Positions 9,242 to 18,995 of a DNA stretch of 64,000 bases are shown one piece after another. The DNA is from a virus: the IMG/VR virus record IMGVR_UViG_3300010885_061525, positions 26,575-90,574 of that record. One strand, given 5' to 3'. Every line of letters begins with the position of its first letter. Within the stretch, counting starts at the first letter, position 1. The position numbers and the translations under genes were made by a program. Under the pieces are notes generated by a model. It did not search any database, was not told the origin of the DNA, and saw only the letters and a list, made by a program, of their open reading frames with translations.

Positions 9242-9781
9242 ATGAATAATTTTAAATATGCTTACGAAAGAATAGTAAACAAAACAGAGGCTTTCGATAA
9301 CACTGATAGAGATTTAATATTTTCTAAAGTTTTATCGTTATTTAACGGAGGTTCTGTAGATATTTTTCAGGTTGGAGCGATAGAAACCTTTGATGAGAGA
9401 TGGAGATATGGATCAGGATGGTCCGATATAATCTTTGGCAATTATATAAAAAATAATGGAGGATCTCTAACCATTTGCGACATTCATTTAGATAATATAG
9501 CAAATAGTTATTTCGCGGCATCTCATATGGGTTATAAAATTAACTTTGAGTTAGCAGACGCAGGAGAAATAATCTCAGGAAAAGACTACGATATCTACTA
9601 CCTAGACGGTGGTAACGATCCTAATGAAACCGAAAAGCAATTTAATAGTATTACAGCAAAAAAATGCGCGGTAATTATTGACGATCTTTTAATCAAAGGA
9701 GTTACTCTGATGGATAACATTGATTTTAATCATAAATACAAAGTAGCCAATGGAGTAGGCTTAATTCTTAAGGGTTTTTAA
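9242..9781 (+). CDS. Class I SAM-dependent methyltransferase-like protein
   Basis: FQVGAIE...GSGWS...ICDI...YYLDG...IIDD pattern of small Rossmann methyltransferases. Confidence 0.6.
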   Translation: MNNFKYAYERIVNKTEAFDNTDRDLIFSKVLSLFNGGSVDIFQVGAIETFDERWRYGSGWSDIIFGNYIKNNGGSLTICDIHLDNIANSYFAASHMGYKINFELADAGEIISGKDYDIYYLDGGNDPNETEKQFNSITAKKCAVIIDDLLIKGVTLMDNIDFNHKYKVANGVGLILKGF

Positions 9782-9805
9782 AATATTTTTTAAGAAACAC
9801 AAAAT

Positions 9806-11326
9806 ATGAAGTTTGACGCATCAGATATATCCCTTAAAAATGATAAGACTTGGCGCTTAATCCAAAACGGCTATACTGTTGGAGTGTTCCAGCTCGAAAG
9901 CGATCTAGGTAAAAAATGGGCTGCAACAATAAAGCCTACTAATATAAATGAACTTAGCGCCGTAATATCTCTTATTAGGCCAGCCTGTCTTGAAGCAGGT
10001 ATGACTGAGATATACTCTAAAGTTAAAAACGGATTAGCTGAAAAGCCAGATTATAATGATGAGGCTGTTAATAACATATTATCTCCCACAATGGGGGTTT
10101 TGATATATCAAGAACAGTTGATGAAATTTGGTGGGGAAATAGCATGGGGAGATATGCCGTATTTAGATAGACTTGTTATTGTTGATAAGTTAAGAAAAGG
10201 CATTGGTAAAAAAGATCAGAAAATAATTATTGATCTTAAAGATAAATTCATTAATGGGTGTCTCAGAAATGGTCGATCTAAGGAAATAGCCGAACGGTTA
10301 TTTGCCCTAATTGAAGGAGCTGGAAGATACGCCTTTAATGACGCTCACGCTAAAAAATACGCTCTTTGGTCATACAAGACGGCGTATTTAAAAGCCAATT
10401 TCCCACTCGAGTTTTATTGCGTATATCTTACATATAGCAAGGGTAAGCAAAAGCCTCGTGAAGAGATACAAGATCTCATCAACGAAGGAAGAATGCTTGA
10501 AATAGATATCCTTGCCCCTTCTATCGAAAAGTCACAGTCCGACTTTAGCATACAAAATAATAAAATCGTGTTTGGTCTATCGCATATAAAGCAAGTTGGA
10601 GATTCCGATTCTGCCGTAATTATGAAGTACCGACCGAGTAAGTTCACTGATTTTATCAGACTTCATTTTAATACAGAGGGGGAAAAGCTAAGATCTCTTG
10701 CGGTAGAAAGCCTAATAGGCTGCGGGGCTTGTGATGCTTATGGATTGTCTAGAGCCGCAATGATGAGCGTTTATCTAATGCTCAAAGAATTGACCCCTAA
10801 AGAAATAGAATTTATATTTGCAAACACTCCAAGCGGAGCAGACACAAAAGAATTGATAGATGTCGTTTATAGGTGCGCTAATGAAAAGTCAATCAAAAAA
10901 CGCAAAGATATAGTATCTTCCGAAGCTTCTTCAATAAATCTTTTGATAGACGATTCAATAATAATCAAAAGCTCATCAGAAAAAGATCTTATGGGTTTCT
11001 CCTTTAGCTACGATCATAACGTAAATACTGAAGACAATTGGTCTTGCAAAGAATGTTTTAACAGAGCAAAAAACAACAGAAATTTAACCGCTGTGTTTAC
11101 AGCCAAAATAGATAAGATTAAAAAAACAATCACTAAGAAAGGAAAAAACCCAGGTCAGGAAATGTGTCAAATTTCAATATCAGATAACACTGGATCTATA
11201 AGTGTTGTTTGTTTTCCTGAACAGTATGGCAAGCATAAAAAGGAATTATACGAAGGATCTTATTGTACACTCAAGCTAAAAGGAGCCGGTTTCGGTTGGT
11301 CGATAGAAACGATCAAAATCAATTAA
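9806..11326 (+). CDS. dnaE: DNA polymerase III alpha subunit, C-terminal part (fingers, HhH, OB)
   Basis: GVFQLES, LIRPA, LIYQEQLM, RKGIGKK, YAFNDAHA, YLKANFP, FGLSHIKQVG, C-terminal OB fold (SDNTGSISVVCF). Confidence 0.93.
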   Translation: MKFDASDISLKNDKTWRLIQNGYTVGVFQLESDLGKKWAATIKPTNINELSAVISLIRPACLEAGMTEIYSKVKNGLAEKPDYNDEAVNNILSPTMGVLIYQEQLMKFGGEIAWGDMPYLDRLVIVDKLRKGIGKKDQKIIIDLKDKFINGCLRNGRSKEIAERLFALIEGAGRYAFNDAHAKKYALWSYKTAYLKANFPLEFYCVYLTYSKGKQKPREEIQDLINEGRMLEIDILAPSIEKSQSDFSIQNNKIVFGLSHIKQVGDSDSAVIMKYRPSKFTDFIRLHFNTEGEKLRSLAVESLIGCGACDAYGLSRAAMMSVYLMLKELTPKEIEFIFANTPSGADTKELIDVVYRCANEKSIKKRKDIVSSEASSINLLIDDSIIIKSSSEKDLMGFSFSYDHNVNTEDNWSCKECFNRAKNNRNLTAVFTAKIDKIKKTITKKGKNPGQEMCQISISDNTGSISVVCFPEQYGKHKKELYEGSYCTLKLKGAGFGWSIETIKIN

Positions 11327-11367
11327 AACCAAACGGGCGAAAGACTATAATTAATCACGAGATAAAC

Positions 11368-11787
11368 ATGGCAAATTTTAATAAAGTTATCGTTGCAGGA
11401 AATCTAGTTTCAGATCCAGAAGTTAAAACTATTGGAGACTCAAGCGTTGTGCGTTTTAGGATTGCTATCAATCGTAAATTCACAACAAAATCTGGAGAGA
11501 AGAAGGAGGAGAGTACTTATATTGACGCTGAAATGTGGGGACCACGAGCGGATGTAATATCTAAGTATGTCAAAAAGGGAGATCCTATCCTAATGGAGGG
11601 TCGTCTCAAACAAGAAAATTGGGAAACTAAAGACGGTGAAAAGCGTAGTAAAATTCTTGTAGCAATTGATGATTTTGAATTTATGAATGGAAAAAAGGAT
11701 AGTGATGAAAAAGCCTCTGCTGATTCAAAGCCTTACGTTAAAACGAAGCCTAAACAAGAAGTGTCATTACAAGATATTCCATTCTAA
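11368..11787 (+). CDS. ssb: Single-stranded DNA-binding protein
   Basis: NKVIVAGNLVSDPE, EGRLKQENWE, C-terminal DIPF tail. Confidence 0.95.
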   Translation: MANFNKVIVAGNLVSDPEVKTIGDSSVVRFRIAINRKFTTKSGEKKEESTYIDAEMWGPRADVISKYVKKGDPILMEGRLKQENWETKDGEKRSKILVAIDDFEFMNGKKDSDEKASADSKPYVKTKPKQEVSLQDIPF

Positions 11788-11981
11788 TGTCTAATAAATA
11801 CTTAACAGAATTTCTCTCATTCTTAGATAAGGAGGGGCTTTTAAAAAGGCCCCTCTCTTTTAATGAGATAATCGATAAATTTCAAAACAAAGCTACTGCT
11901 AGCACAAACATAAAGGCGCCAACAGGATATGCAGGATTCACAACAGGAAAATCGGAAAAAAAGAGTACTTCTGGTAACTGA
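11787..11981 (+). CDS. Small hypothetical protein
   Basis: TAATG-coupled to ssb; contains an internal hairpin (11832-11855), so uncertain. Confidence 0.4.
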   Translation: MSNKYLTEFLSFLDKEGLLKRPLSFNEIIDKFQNKATASTNIKAPTGYAGFTTGKSEKKSTSGN

Positions 11982-13611
11982 ATTTAGTCAATTAAATACC
12001 GGGTTCTCAGTAATGGCTAATGATATTCTCATCGCCATGCATAATAGCGGTAAGTACGAAGTAGCGGAATTGGCTTCCTACTTAGAGGACGGTTCCCCAA
12101 GGATCAATTCTGTTCCTTGGAAGGTCTATCCTGTAATACCGTCAGACCCAAAAGAGAATCAAGAATACCAGCAAAACTATAGAACATCTCAATTTGGAAG
12201 TCACAGATTTGATAAGGCTGTTATAGATTTCAAACCTGATGTCGTATTTTCATACCGAGATTTTTGGCATGATGAATGGATAACAAAATCGGCATCAAGA
12301 TATCTTTTTAATTACGTCTGGTCTGCTTGTATAGATTCTGAACCTCCAAAAGTTGATTGGATGGGAATATATTCAACAGTAGATAGAATGACCTCATACA
12401 CAGATTGGGGAATGTCCGTTCTAAAGAAATACTCTGGACGGCAGCTCAAAATGGCCGACACCAACACTATGCCAGGTGTAGATCAAAATGTCTTCAAGCC
12501 AATTAAAAAGAGTGATGCTAGACATTCATTAGGAATCAAAGATGACATCAATGTAGTATTAACAGTGATGAGAAATCAACCAAGAAAGCTTTTTCCTGAT
12601 CTTATGTTTGCGTTTTCTAAAACATTAGAAACGTGGAACGACCTTGGTCGAACTGATCTAGTAGATAATACATATCTGTACTTACATACCAGTTATCCAG
12701 ATGTTGGTTTTGATATTGGAAAAGACATATTAAAGTATAAGCTGTCTTCAAAGGTTTTGATGACGTATTGTTGTAATCATTGCCATGCGTATTTTGCCTC
12801 GTTTTTCAACGGGGAAATTTGCGCATGCAATAATTGCGGAAACTTCACCGCCCATCCCCCAAACACAGCCATGGGTCTTACAAGAGAGCAGTTGGCTGTA
12901 GTATATAATACCGCCGATCTTTACGCTCAACTAAGCATTGCCGGCGCTCTAGAGATTCCATTGATAGAAGCTAAGGCTTGCGGAATTCCTACAATAGCCA
13001 CCGACTACGCTGCTATGCATGAAATAAACTCTCTTGGAGGATCGTATGGAAGCATCAAAGTTTCAGCGTGGAGAGAGGAGTCAGATAAGGAGACAGGTCA
13101 AATCAGAGCAATGCCTGATCCAATTGACTGCTCTAAAAAGATCGCTGATTTCTTCATGGAGTCAAAATCCTTTAAAGAACAACTTTCAATTGATGCATTA
13201 AATACAGTCAAGCGACATCATTCTAACGAAGAGACGTATAATAAATGGGACAAAATATTCGATTCAATGCCCTTTCTACCTGATGATAGATGGTATAAAA
13301 AACCAAATGTGATCGATACGAGCAAGATAGACTTGAACATCGCTTATAATGATGAAGATTTTATCAATTATTTAGTTTTTAATTTTACCCCTCCAAAGGC
13401 TGCGCTAAGAGCTTTTGCTGCAAGAAAAGAGTTGTCTGCAGCCCTAAAGACTAAGATTAAAACGGAAAATAATGCAGCTAGAAAATTGAATAGGTCTGAT
13501 ATAGTAACAGCTGTAGTACAAACTGCTCATCAGTTTAATGCTTTTGAGCAATTCAGATACGGCGTGGTTAACAAGATTAAAAACAAAATTGATATGGTGG
13601 AGGTGGTATGA
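11929..13611 (+). CDS. GT4-family glycosyltransferase with inserted CxxC/CxxC zinc ribbon
   Basis: TGFSVMA, RNQPRK, GALEIPLIEAKACGIPTIATDY; insert YCCNHCH...CACNNCG. Confidence 0.85.
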   Translation: MQDSQQENRKKRVLLVTEFSQLNTGFSVMANDILIAMHNSGKYEVAELASYLEDGSPRINSVPWKVYPVIPSDPKENQEYQQNYRTSQFGSHRFDKAVIDFKPDVVFSYRDFWHDEWITKSASRYLFNYVWSACIDSEPPKVDWMGIYSTVDRMTSYTDWGMSVLKKYSGRQLKMADTNTMPGVDQNVFKPIKKSDARHSLGIKDDINVVLTVMRNQPRKLFPDLMFAFSKTLETWNDLGRTDLVDNTYLYLHTSYPDVGFDIGKDILKYKLSSKVLMTYCCNHCHAYFASFFNGEICACNNCGNFTAHPPNTAMGLTREQLAVVYNTADLYAQLSIAGALEIPLIEAKACGIPTIATDYAAMHEINSLGGSYGSIKVSAWREESDKETGQIRAMPDPIDCSKKIADFFMESKSFKEQLSIDALNTVKRHHSNEETYNKWDKIFDSMPFLPDDRWYKKPNVIDTSKIDLNIAYNDEDFINYLVFNFTPPKAALRAFAARKELSAALKTKIKTENNAARKLNRSDIVTAVVQTAHQFNAFEQFRYGVVNKIKNKIDMVEVV

Positions 13612-14708
13612 AAAAAATAGCTTATATATCAGTATATAGAGATGGAACTGGCTACGGAAATGCTGCAATATCGATGATCAAAGCTATCGATAAGGCCGGT
13701 ATAGATATTGTCCCAATTTGGCTAAGCCTGAACATGTTCCCATTAAAAAATACAGAGAGAATTTCCGAGCTAGAGAAGGGGAGTTTGGATGGAGTGTCTA
13801 CGGTAATCCAACAATCTCTTCCTGACACGTTTGTTAGGATAGAAGGGGTAAAGAATATAGGATATTTCTTTTGGGAAACTGATAGCTTCGTAGGATCTGG
13901 TTGGAAAAGCGGGTGTGAGTTAATGGATGAGATTTGGGTTACTACTGAAGAGCAGAAGGAGGCATGCGTTGCCTCTGGAGTCGATCCATTAAAAATACGC
14001 ATTGTAGATCAACCTAAAGAGCTAACGAAATCAGAACACAAGTTTGACTTCAAAAAGTATGGATTAGAAAATACTTTCAAATTTTATACTATATCTGATT
14101 ATTCAAACAAGAAAAATATTAATGGGCTGATGCATAGTTTCCTAACCGAATTTTCGATATATGACAACGTCTCTTTAACAATTAAAGCTTATATAAGTTC
14201 AAGACCTCCAATTGAAAGTAAAAATCATATTAAATCAACTATTCAAGAACTTAAAAAACAGATAGGAAAGCCTGATCATGTATATCCAAAAATTGCTATC
14301 ATAACTGATATGCTGTCTGAAAATGATTTATCGGGATTGGAAAACTCTTGCGACTGCTTTGTTTCTTCATCTCGCGGTGAAGGGGAAGGTCTTCCTATGG
14401 TTCAATCAGCATTAAAGGGGAAGCCAGTAATAGCTTCATGCATATCTGGAATTTCCAAAAATTTTAAAAACAAGGGACTGTTAATCAAAAACCTAATTAA
14501 AAAGAAGGTTTTCGGAATGAATAGCGGAGCATACTACAACTACAACGAAAATTGGCTAGACCCATCTACTACAGATATAGCTGATAAAATGCGCTATGTC
14601 CTAGAAAATCCAAACGAAGTACAAGAGATAGTCAAAGAGAATAAAGAGTATATAGAAGAGAACTTCTCAATAGAAGCCTGCGCAAAGAAACTGGCGGAAA
14701 TACTATGA
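13608..14708 (+). CDS. GT4-family glycosyltransferase
   Basis: TGYGNAA, FWET, KKNI, DCFVSSSRGEGEGLPMVQSALKGKPVIA. Confidence 0.85.
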   Translation: MKKIAYISVYRDGTGYGNAAISMIKAIDKAGIDIVPIWLSLNMFPLKNTERISELEKGSLDGVSTVIQQSLPDTFVRIEGVKNIGYFFWETDSFVGSGWKSGCELMDEIWVTTEEQKEACVASGVDPLKIRIVDQPKELTKSEHKFDFKKYGLENTFKFYTISDYSNKKNINGLMHSFLTEFSIYDNVSLTIKAYISSRPPIESKNHIKSTIQELKKQIGKPDHVYPKIAIITDMLSENDLSGLENSCDCFVSSSRGEGEGLPMVQSALKGKPVIASCISGISKNFKNKGLLIKNLIKKKVFGMNSGAYYNYNENWLDPSTTDIADKMRYVLENPNEVQEIVKENKEYIEENFSIEACAKKLAEIL

Positions 14709-15724
14709 ATCCTATTAGTTATATAAGCAATAAAATAAACAGAGTTAAAAAAGATAAATATAAAATCTTGACTTTTTCTACGCATGAAGCGTATCAAGAG
14801 GCCATGGCTAAAACCGGGCATCATTTCTACCTTCTTCAGACTGAAGGCTGCAAACAATGGAATGAGGATTTTAGAAAACTCCCAAGTAATTGCACTATTA
14901 TTAATAATATAGAACATATACCGTATGATATAGATTTTCTACTATCACAAGAGAGATACTCACAGCTGCAGAAAATGAGCGGATTATCTAATCATATTAG
15001 ACTTCCATTGATACATTTAGACCATGTCGAACCCGTAAAAAACGAATCGTTTCCCGCGCTAAAAGCACTCAAAGCTGACTTCAACGTCTTTATAACAGAG
15101 CATAATAAGGAAAGCTGGGAAAATACTGATGGAGTTGTTATATCTCATGGTATTAATACTGATACATTTTCGGGTTGGATTCCTAATACGTCTAAAACAG
15201 TTGTCTATATAGTCAATTACCTCAAAGAGAGAGATTTTTTCTGCGGATGGAAGGAGTGGGAATACATTAAAAATAAAGTAAACGCAATAGATCCTACGAT
15301 AAAGTTTAAGTTGATAGGAGACAATCCTGGAATAAGTAAGACTATATCTGATCCAAAAGAGCTTGCTCTTGAATTAAAAAAATGCGCCTGTTATATCAAC
15401 ACGTCTAAATTCTCCCCTGTTCCAATGTCTCTTCTTGAAGCTATGTCGTGCGGTATGCCGATAGTATCTACTAAACATCAACAAGTGGCTAAGCTTTTAA
15501 ATGAGTCGAATTCAATATCATCTAATGATTTAGATCAATTAGCAGATGGGATCGTTAATGTATGCAATAACAACAAACTTTATAAGAGCATTGGTGTTAA
15601 TGCTAGAAATGAAATATTGAACAAGTTTTCAATGGAATCGTTTATGAATAACTGGAACGACATTTTCGATAAAGCCTATAATAAAAGACTTGGTGAATTA
15701 AATGAAATATTTTATAACAAATAA
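14705..15724 (+). CDS. GT4-family glycosyltransferase
   Basis: HGINTDTF, YINTSKFSPVPMSLLEAMSCGMPIVS, FSMESFMNNW. Confidence 0.85.
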   Translation: MNPISYISNKINRVKKDKYKILTFSTHEAYQEAMAKTGHHFYLLQTEGCKQWNEDFRKLPSNCTIINNIEHIPYDIDFLLSQERYSQLQKMSGLSNHIRLPLIHLDHVEPVKNESFPALKALKADFNVFITEHNKESWENTDGVVISHGINTDTFSGWIPNTSKTVVYIVNYLKERDFFCGWKEWEYIKNKVNAIDPTIKFKLIGDNPGISKTISDPKELALELKKCACYINTSKFSPVPMSLLEAMSCGMPIVSTKHQQVAKLLNESNSISSNDLDQLADGIVNVCNNNKLYKSIGVNARNEILNKFSMESFMNNWNDIFDKAYNKRLGELNEIFYNK

Positions 15725-16112
15725 AGAAGAAACGTATTTAGATTTTATAAAGATCACATCTGATGATTTTAAAAGTCTAAAGGAAAAAACTATTGAAGAA
15801 ATTTTTGTGGCTAGCGGGACTTTTGAATCTATCAAAGATCCAAGCTCACTAATTGAAGATATCAAAAAGGCAACAGATAATAAGTGTAAAATTGCATTAA
15901 ATTTTATAAATATATATCAATTGTTTGTAGATGTAGCTTTTCATAGAACTGACATTGGTATTGGTCATTTAGTTTGCAGAAGCATGGAGAATCCATTTAA
16001 TGTGAATGCTGCATCTTCCTTTGTTAAAAAGTCGGGGCTAAAAATAATTAGAACCAACCTAGAGGAAAATTCAAAATTTATCAGAATTGAGTGTGTTAAT
16101 GAGTGGGAATAA
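15702..16112 (+). CDS. Hypothetical protein (possibly degenerate methyltransferase fold)
   Basis: Overlap-coupled ORF within the glycosyltransferase cluster. Confidence 0.5.
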   Translation: MKYFITNKEETYLDFIKITSDDFKSLKEKTIEEIFVASGTFESIKDPSSLIEDIKKATDNKCKIALNFINIYQLFVDVAFHRTDIGIGHLVCRSMENPFNVNAASSFVKKSGLKIIRTNLEENSKFIRIECVNEWE

Positions 16113-16812
16113 AAAAAATATATCTGTTATAATTACAACGTATAATGAAGAAAAATTCATAGCTGAAGCTTTAATGAGCGTTGTTAATCAAACGCTGAAT
16201 CCATTAAATTTTGAAATAATCGTTGTAGATGATGGAGGGACTGATAATACGGATAAAGTTCTAAACAGTCTTAAGAAAGAGCATAATCTATCCTTTCGAT
16301 ACATGAAAAAGAAAAATGGAGGAACCGCATCTGCTCGTAATTTCGGCGTAGCAAACTCCACAGGGGAGTTTATAGCCTTCTTAGATGGCGACGACTCATA
16401 TCTTCCTAACAAGCTGGTTAGTTCAGCTAGATTCATGGCTAAAGGCGGAAATATAGGAATTGTATATTCTGATTATATAGAAAAACACAGTGATAAATCT
16501 AACTATAGACTTAAGCAAAATTTCGATAGAGATAAACTATTTAGCGAATGTATAATTTCCACCAACTCTATGGTCAGAAGGAGTGCTTTAGAGAAAGTTG
16601 GAGGCTTAGATGAGACATTCAAATATGTGGAAGACTATGATCTTTGGTGTAGAATTGTCATGTCTGGATATTTTGCATTGAGAGTTCCAGAGCCTCTTTT
16701 TGTCTATAATTCACACGCTGCTAGCAAAACAAACTCAACAAATTTTGATAAAATCAACCCCGAATGGGCAAGAATAAGAGAAAGAATTTCAAAAAATGAA
16801 TGGCATATCTAA
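16087..16812 (+). CDS. GT2-family glycosyltransferase
   Basis: ISVIITTYNEE, VVDDGGTD, NGGTASARNFG, FLDGDD, EDYDLW. Confidence 0.92.
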   Translation: MSVLMSGNKKNISVIITTYNEEKFIAEALMSVVNQTLNPLNFEIIVVDDGGTDNTDKVLNSLKKEHNLSFRYMKKKNGGTASARNFGVANSTGEFIAFLDGDDSYLPNKLVSSARFMAKGGNIGIVYSDYIEKHSDKSNYRLKQNFDRDKLFSECIISTNSMVRRSALEKVGGLDETFKYVEDYDLWCRIVMSGYFALRVPEPLFVYNSHAASKTNSTNFDKINPEWARIRERISKNEWHI

Positions 16813-17314
16813 CGCTAATCCTATCCAAGACACGTTTTTAATTGGATCTAGATTCCCACAGACAAAATCTATAGCTGTTCTTTTAGACTCTTGTCGATCT
16901 CAAGAGTACTATGAATTATCTCAATCTATCTTTAGTAAAGAGGCTCATCAATACGATATAGCCATATTTTCATCAGACAACAATTCTCCTATCTTGATGC
17001 CTCCTTGTGGACTTTATTACTATAACTATCTAGAGAATTACAGCGGAAGCGTTTTAGCCGTAACTGTAAGAGGGGCTGTCAATGCAATGGATTGTGGAGC
17101 TATCTTTGATAAAAAGGTTTGGCATATATCGGATATATCAGATTTTTCCCAATTGGGAGTTACTCTTGATAATCTTTTTGACTTTTTTGATAATATAGTT
17201 TTCGTAAATAACTTCGTGAAAAAATCATTTTTTAGTATATATAAAAATACGAGTGATGCAAAAACTTCAATCTCCGAAATGGATATAATCTCTCTAGAAA
17301 CATATTTCCTATGA
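16796..17314 (+). CDS. Hypothetical protein
   Basis: Overlap-coupled 172 aa ORF in operon. Confidence 0.6.
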   Translation: MNGISNANPIQDTFLIGSRFPQTKSIAVLLDSCRSQEYYELSQSIFSKEAHQYDIAIFSSDNNSPILMPPCGLYYYNYLENYSGSVLAVTVRGAVNAMDCGAIFDKKVWHISDISDFSQLGVTLDNLFDFFDNIVFVNNFVKKSFFSIYKNTSDAKTSISEMDIISLETYFL

Positions 17315-18111
17315 AAAAAGAAGAACTTATTGCCTTTATAACCCAAAATGGCGGTCATACAGAAATCGATATCTCAAAACTAAAGTTAAGTGAACTAAAG
17401 GAGATCAAGAATCAAATCGAAATAAATAAAGAGCCTCAAAGCAATCACCCAGTGTCTGAATTTGACGAAGGATGGTCTGACTTTGTAATGAGCAACTTTT
17501 CAGAAAAAGAGCTAAGAGATAGCATGCCTACCTGCGATGGTCTTAGAAGAGTGTTTAAAAAATTAATTGGGGATATAACTCAGTGTTCAATGGATGTAAT
17601 TAAAGCTCCAACCACTACAGATCAAACCGCTACAGTATCATGTCACATATCATATGTTAAACATGGCTCTTCTAAGAGTAGAAGTATCAGCGATGCTTTT
17701 GATGTTAATCAAGACAATACACCGTGGCCTTATTGTAAATCAAGTGTTGGAACAGCAGCGACAAAGGCTGAGGCTAGAGCTTTGCGAAAAGCCCTTGGTC
17801 TAGTTAAAGTTTACTCAGCTGAAGAGGTGCAAGAGGGTCTTAATTCTGATGAAATGCAGAACTCGTCTCCTGACGCTAATCGACCAATCTCAGACAGTGC
17901 CAAGATTGCTATCAACACTATGTGCAATCGTTTGTCTGTCAAGCCTTCCAAATTATTCAAATTTATGGGGGTAGAAAAAGATGACGTTTCACATTTGAGC
18001 TACGCAGAATCACATTCGGTTTTAGCTAAATTAAACGCCTTCACAAGAGGAGAGATGAATGGCGGAGAGTCAGTTCCTGATGGAATCAAATCATCGGAGA
18101 TAATATTCTAA
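17311..18111 (+). CDS. ssDNA-annealing protein (Rad52/Sak-like)
   Basis: ATVSCHISY...TAATKAEARALRKALG motif typical of this fold. Confidence 0.65.
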   Translation: MKKEELIAFITQNGGHTEIDISKLKLSELKEIKNQIEINKEPQSNHPVSEFDEGWSDFVMSNFSEKELRDSMPTCDGLRRVFKKLIGDITQCSMDVIKAPTTTDQTATVSCHISYVKHGSSKSRSISDAFDVNQDNTPWPYCKSSVGTAATKAEARALRKALGLVKVYSAEEVQEGLNSDEMQNSSPDANRPISDSAKIAINTMCNRLSVKPSKLFKFMGVEKDDVSHLSYAESHSVLAKLNAFTRGEMNGGESVPDGIKSSEIIF

Positions 18112-18605
18112 TGCAAGACAAAAAATACAATCCTGCTTATAAGATATATAAGCCAAATCCAAAAGATACGAGCAAGGGTTCTGCTACATCTTGGGAATAC
18201 AATCCCTCCACAAAGAATTTCTTCTTAACGATTGCTAAACAGAGTGAAGCAAAAGACGATTCTGGAAATGCCACATTTAAATGGAAGGATGATTCTGAGA
18301 CTGTAAAACTTGATCTCGAAGAGTTGTCTGAGATAATGTTGGTTATTAGTAATAATAAATCACATCTTGGTTCTTCTGACGGTCAGACTCAAAAAGGAAA
18401 GGGTCTGTTTCATCAGACTAAGGACGGCAATACTATAGTTAAACTCTATCAAATAGATGGTGATAATGGTATTACATTTGGACTAGAAATAAGTTCTAAG
18501 AAATCAGATAAACTTTTTTGGTCAGGGCAAAGAATAACCCCAGCCGAAGCTGGGGTCATCTCGCAAATATGCTCTTTTTGCATCAAAGATATAATTTTTT
18601 ACTGA
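18111..18605 (+). CDS. Whirly/PC4-like ssDNA-binding protein (putative)
   Basis: YKIYK...FFLTIA...FKW...LxLxEL...LFHQ...ITPAEAxV pattern parallels the Whirly domain. Confidence 0.5.
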   Translation: MQDKKYNPAYKIYKPNPKDTSKGSATSWEYNPSTKNFFLTIAKQSEAKDDSGNATFKWKDDSETVKLDLEELSEIMLVISNNKSHLGSSDGQTQKGKGLFHQTKDGNTIVKLYQIDGDNGITFGLEISSKKSDKLFWSGQRITPAEAGVISQICSFCIKDIIFY

Positions 18606-18994
18606 TCCATATAACCGGCGTCGTTTTCCATGGTAGTATCAAGATTGGACGAGTCTAAGCTCATCGGATCAACTCCTTCGACCCCCTCAACCTCTCCGGG
18701 TTCTTCCACCTCTGAATTTTCACTCTTCATATAATCTGTAGCCGACGATATATAATCAGCGGCCAGTGTTATTTTTGACTGTATCCATTCAGGAAGATCA
18801 GCTTCCTCCATGATCATGTCATGAAGTTCTTGGGCATTTCTAATAATAGATCTGAGATCTGATTTAGCCATACCCCCTTCTCCTCCAAGTTCGTCATTGT
18901 TTGACGAAGTATCTGGAGCTAACACTGGCGCCATTAGCTCAGTAGAGTCCATCGCCGCACGTAACTTATTTAGTAATTTTATTTTATTTTTCAT
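18599..18994 (-). CDS. Conserved phage helical protein with leader (LPEWxQSKITLAxDYI module)
   Basis: MKNKIKLLNKLRAA leader; EGGMAKSDL...DLPEWIQSKITLAADYI; acidic tail. Confidence 0.75.
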   Translation of the reverse strand: MKNKIKLLNKLRAAMDSTELMAPVLAPDTSSNNDELGGEGGMAKSDLRSIIRNAQELHDMIMEEADLPEWIQSKITLAADYISSATDYMKSENSEVEEPGEVEGVEGVDPMSLDSSNLDTTMENDAGYMDQ

Positions 18995-18995
18995 A

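Noticed and set aside
9148-9249. 33-codon ORF (MNKLPFKTNPQC...) bridging the exonuclease and methyltransferase genes
   Set aside because: Overlap coupling is suggestive, but it is too short and has no recognisable motif
2400-9900. Split intein or intron joining the two dnaE halves
   Set aside because: No intein terminal motifs at either junction; the intervening DNA consists of ordinary genes on both strands
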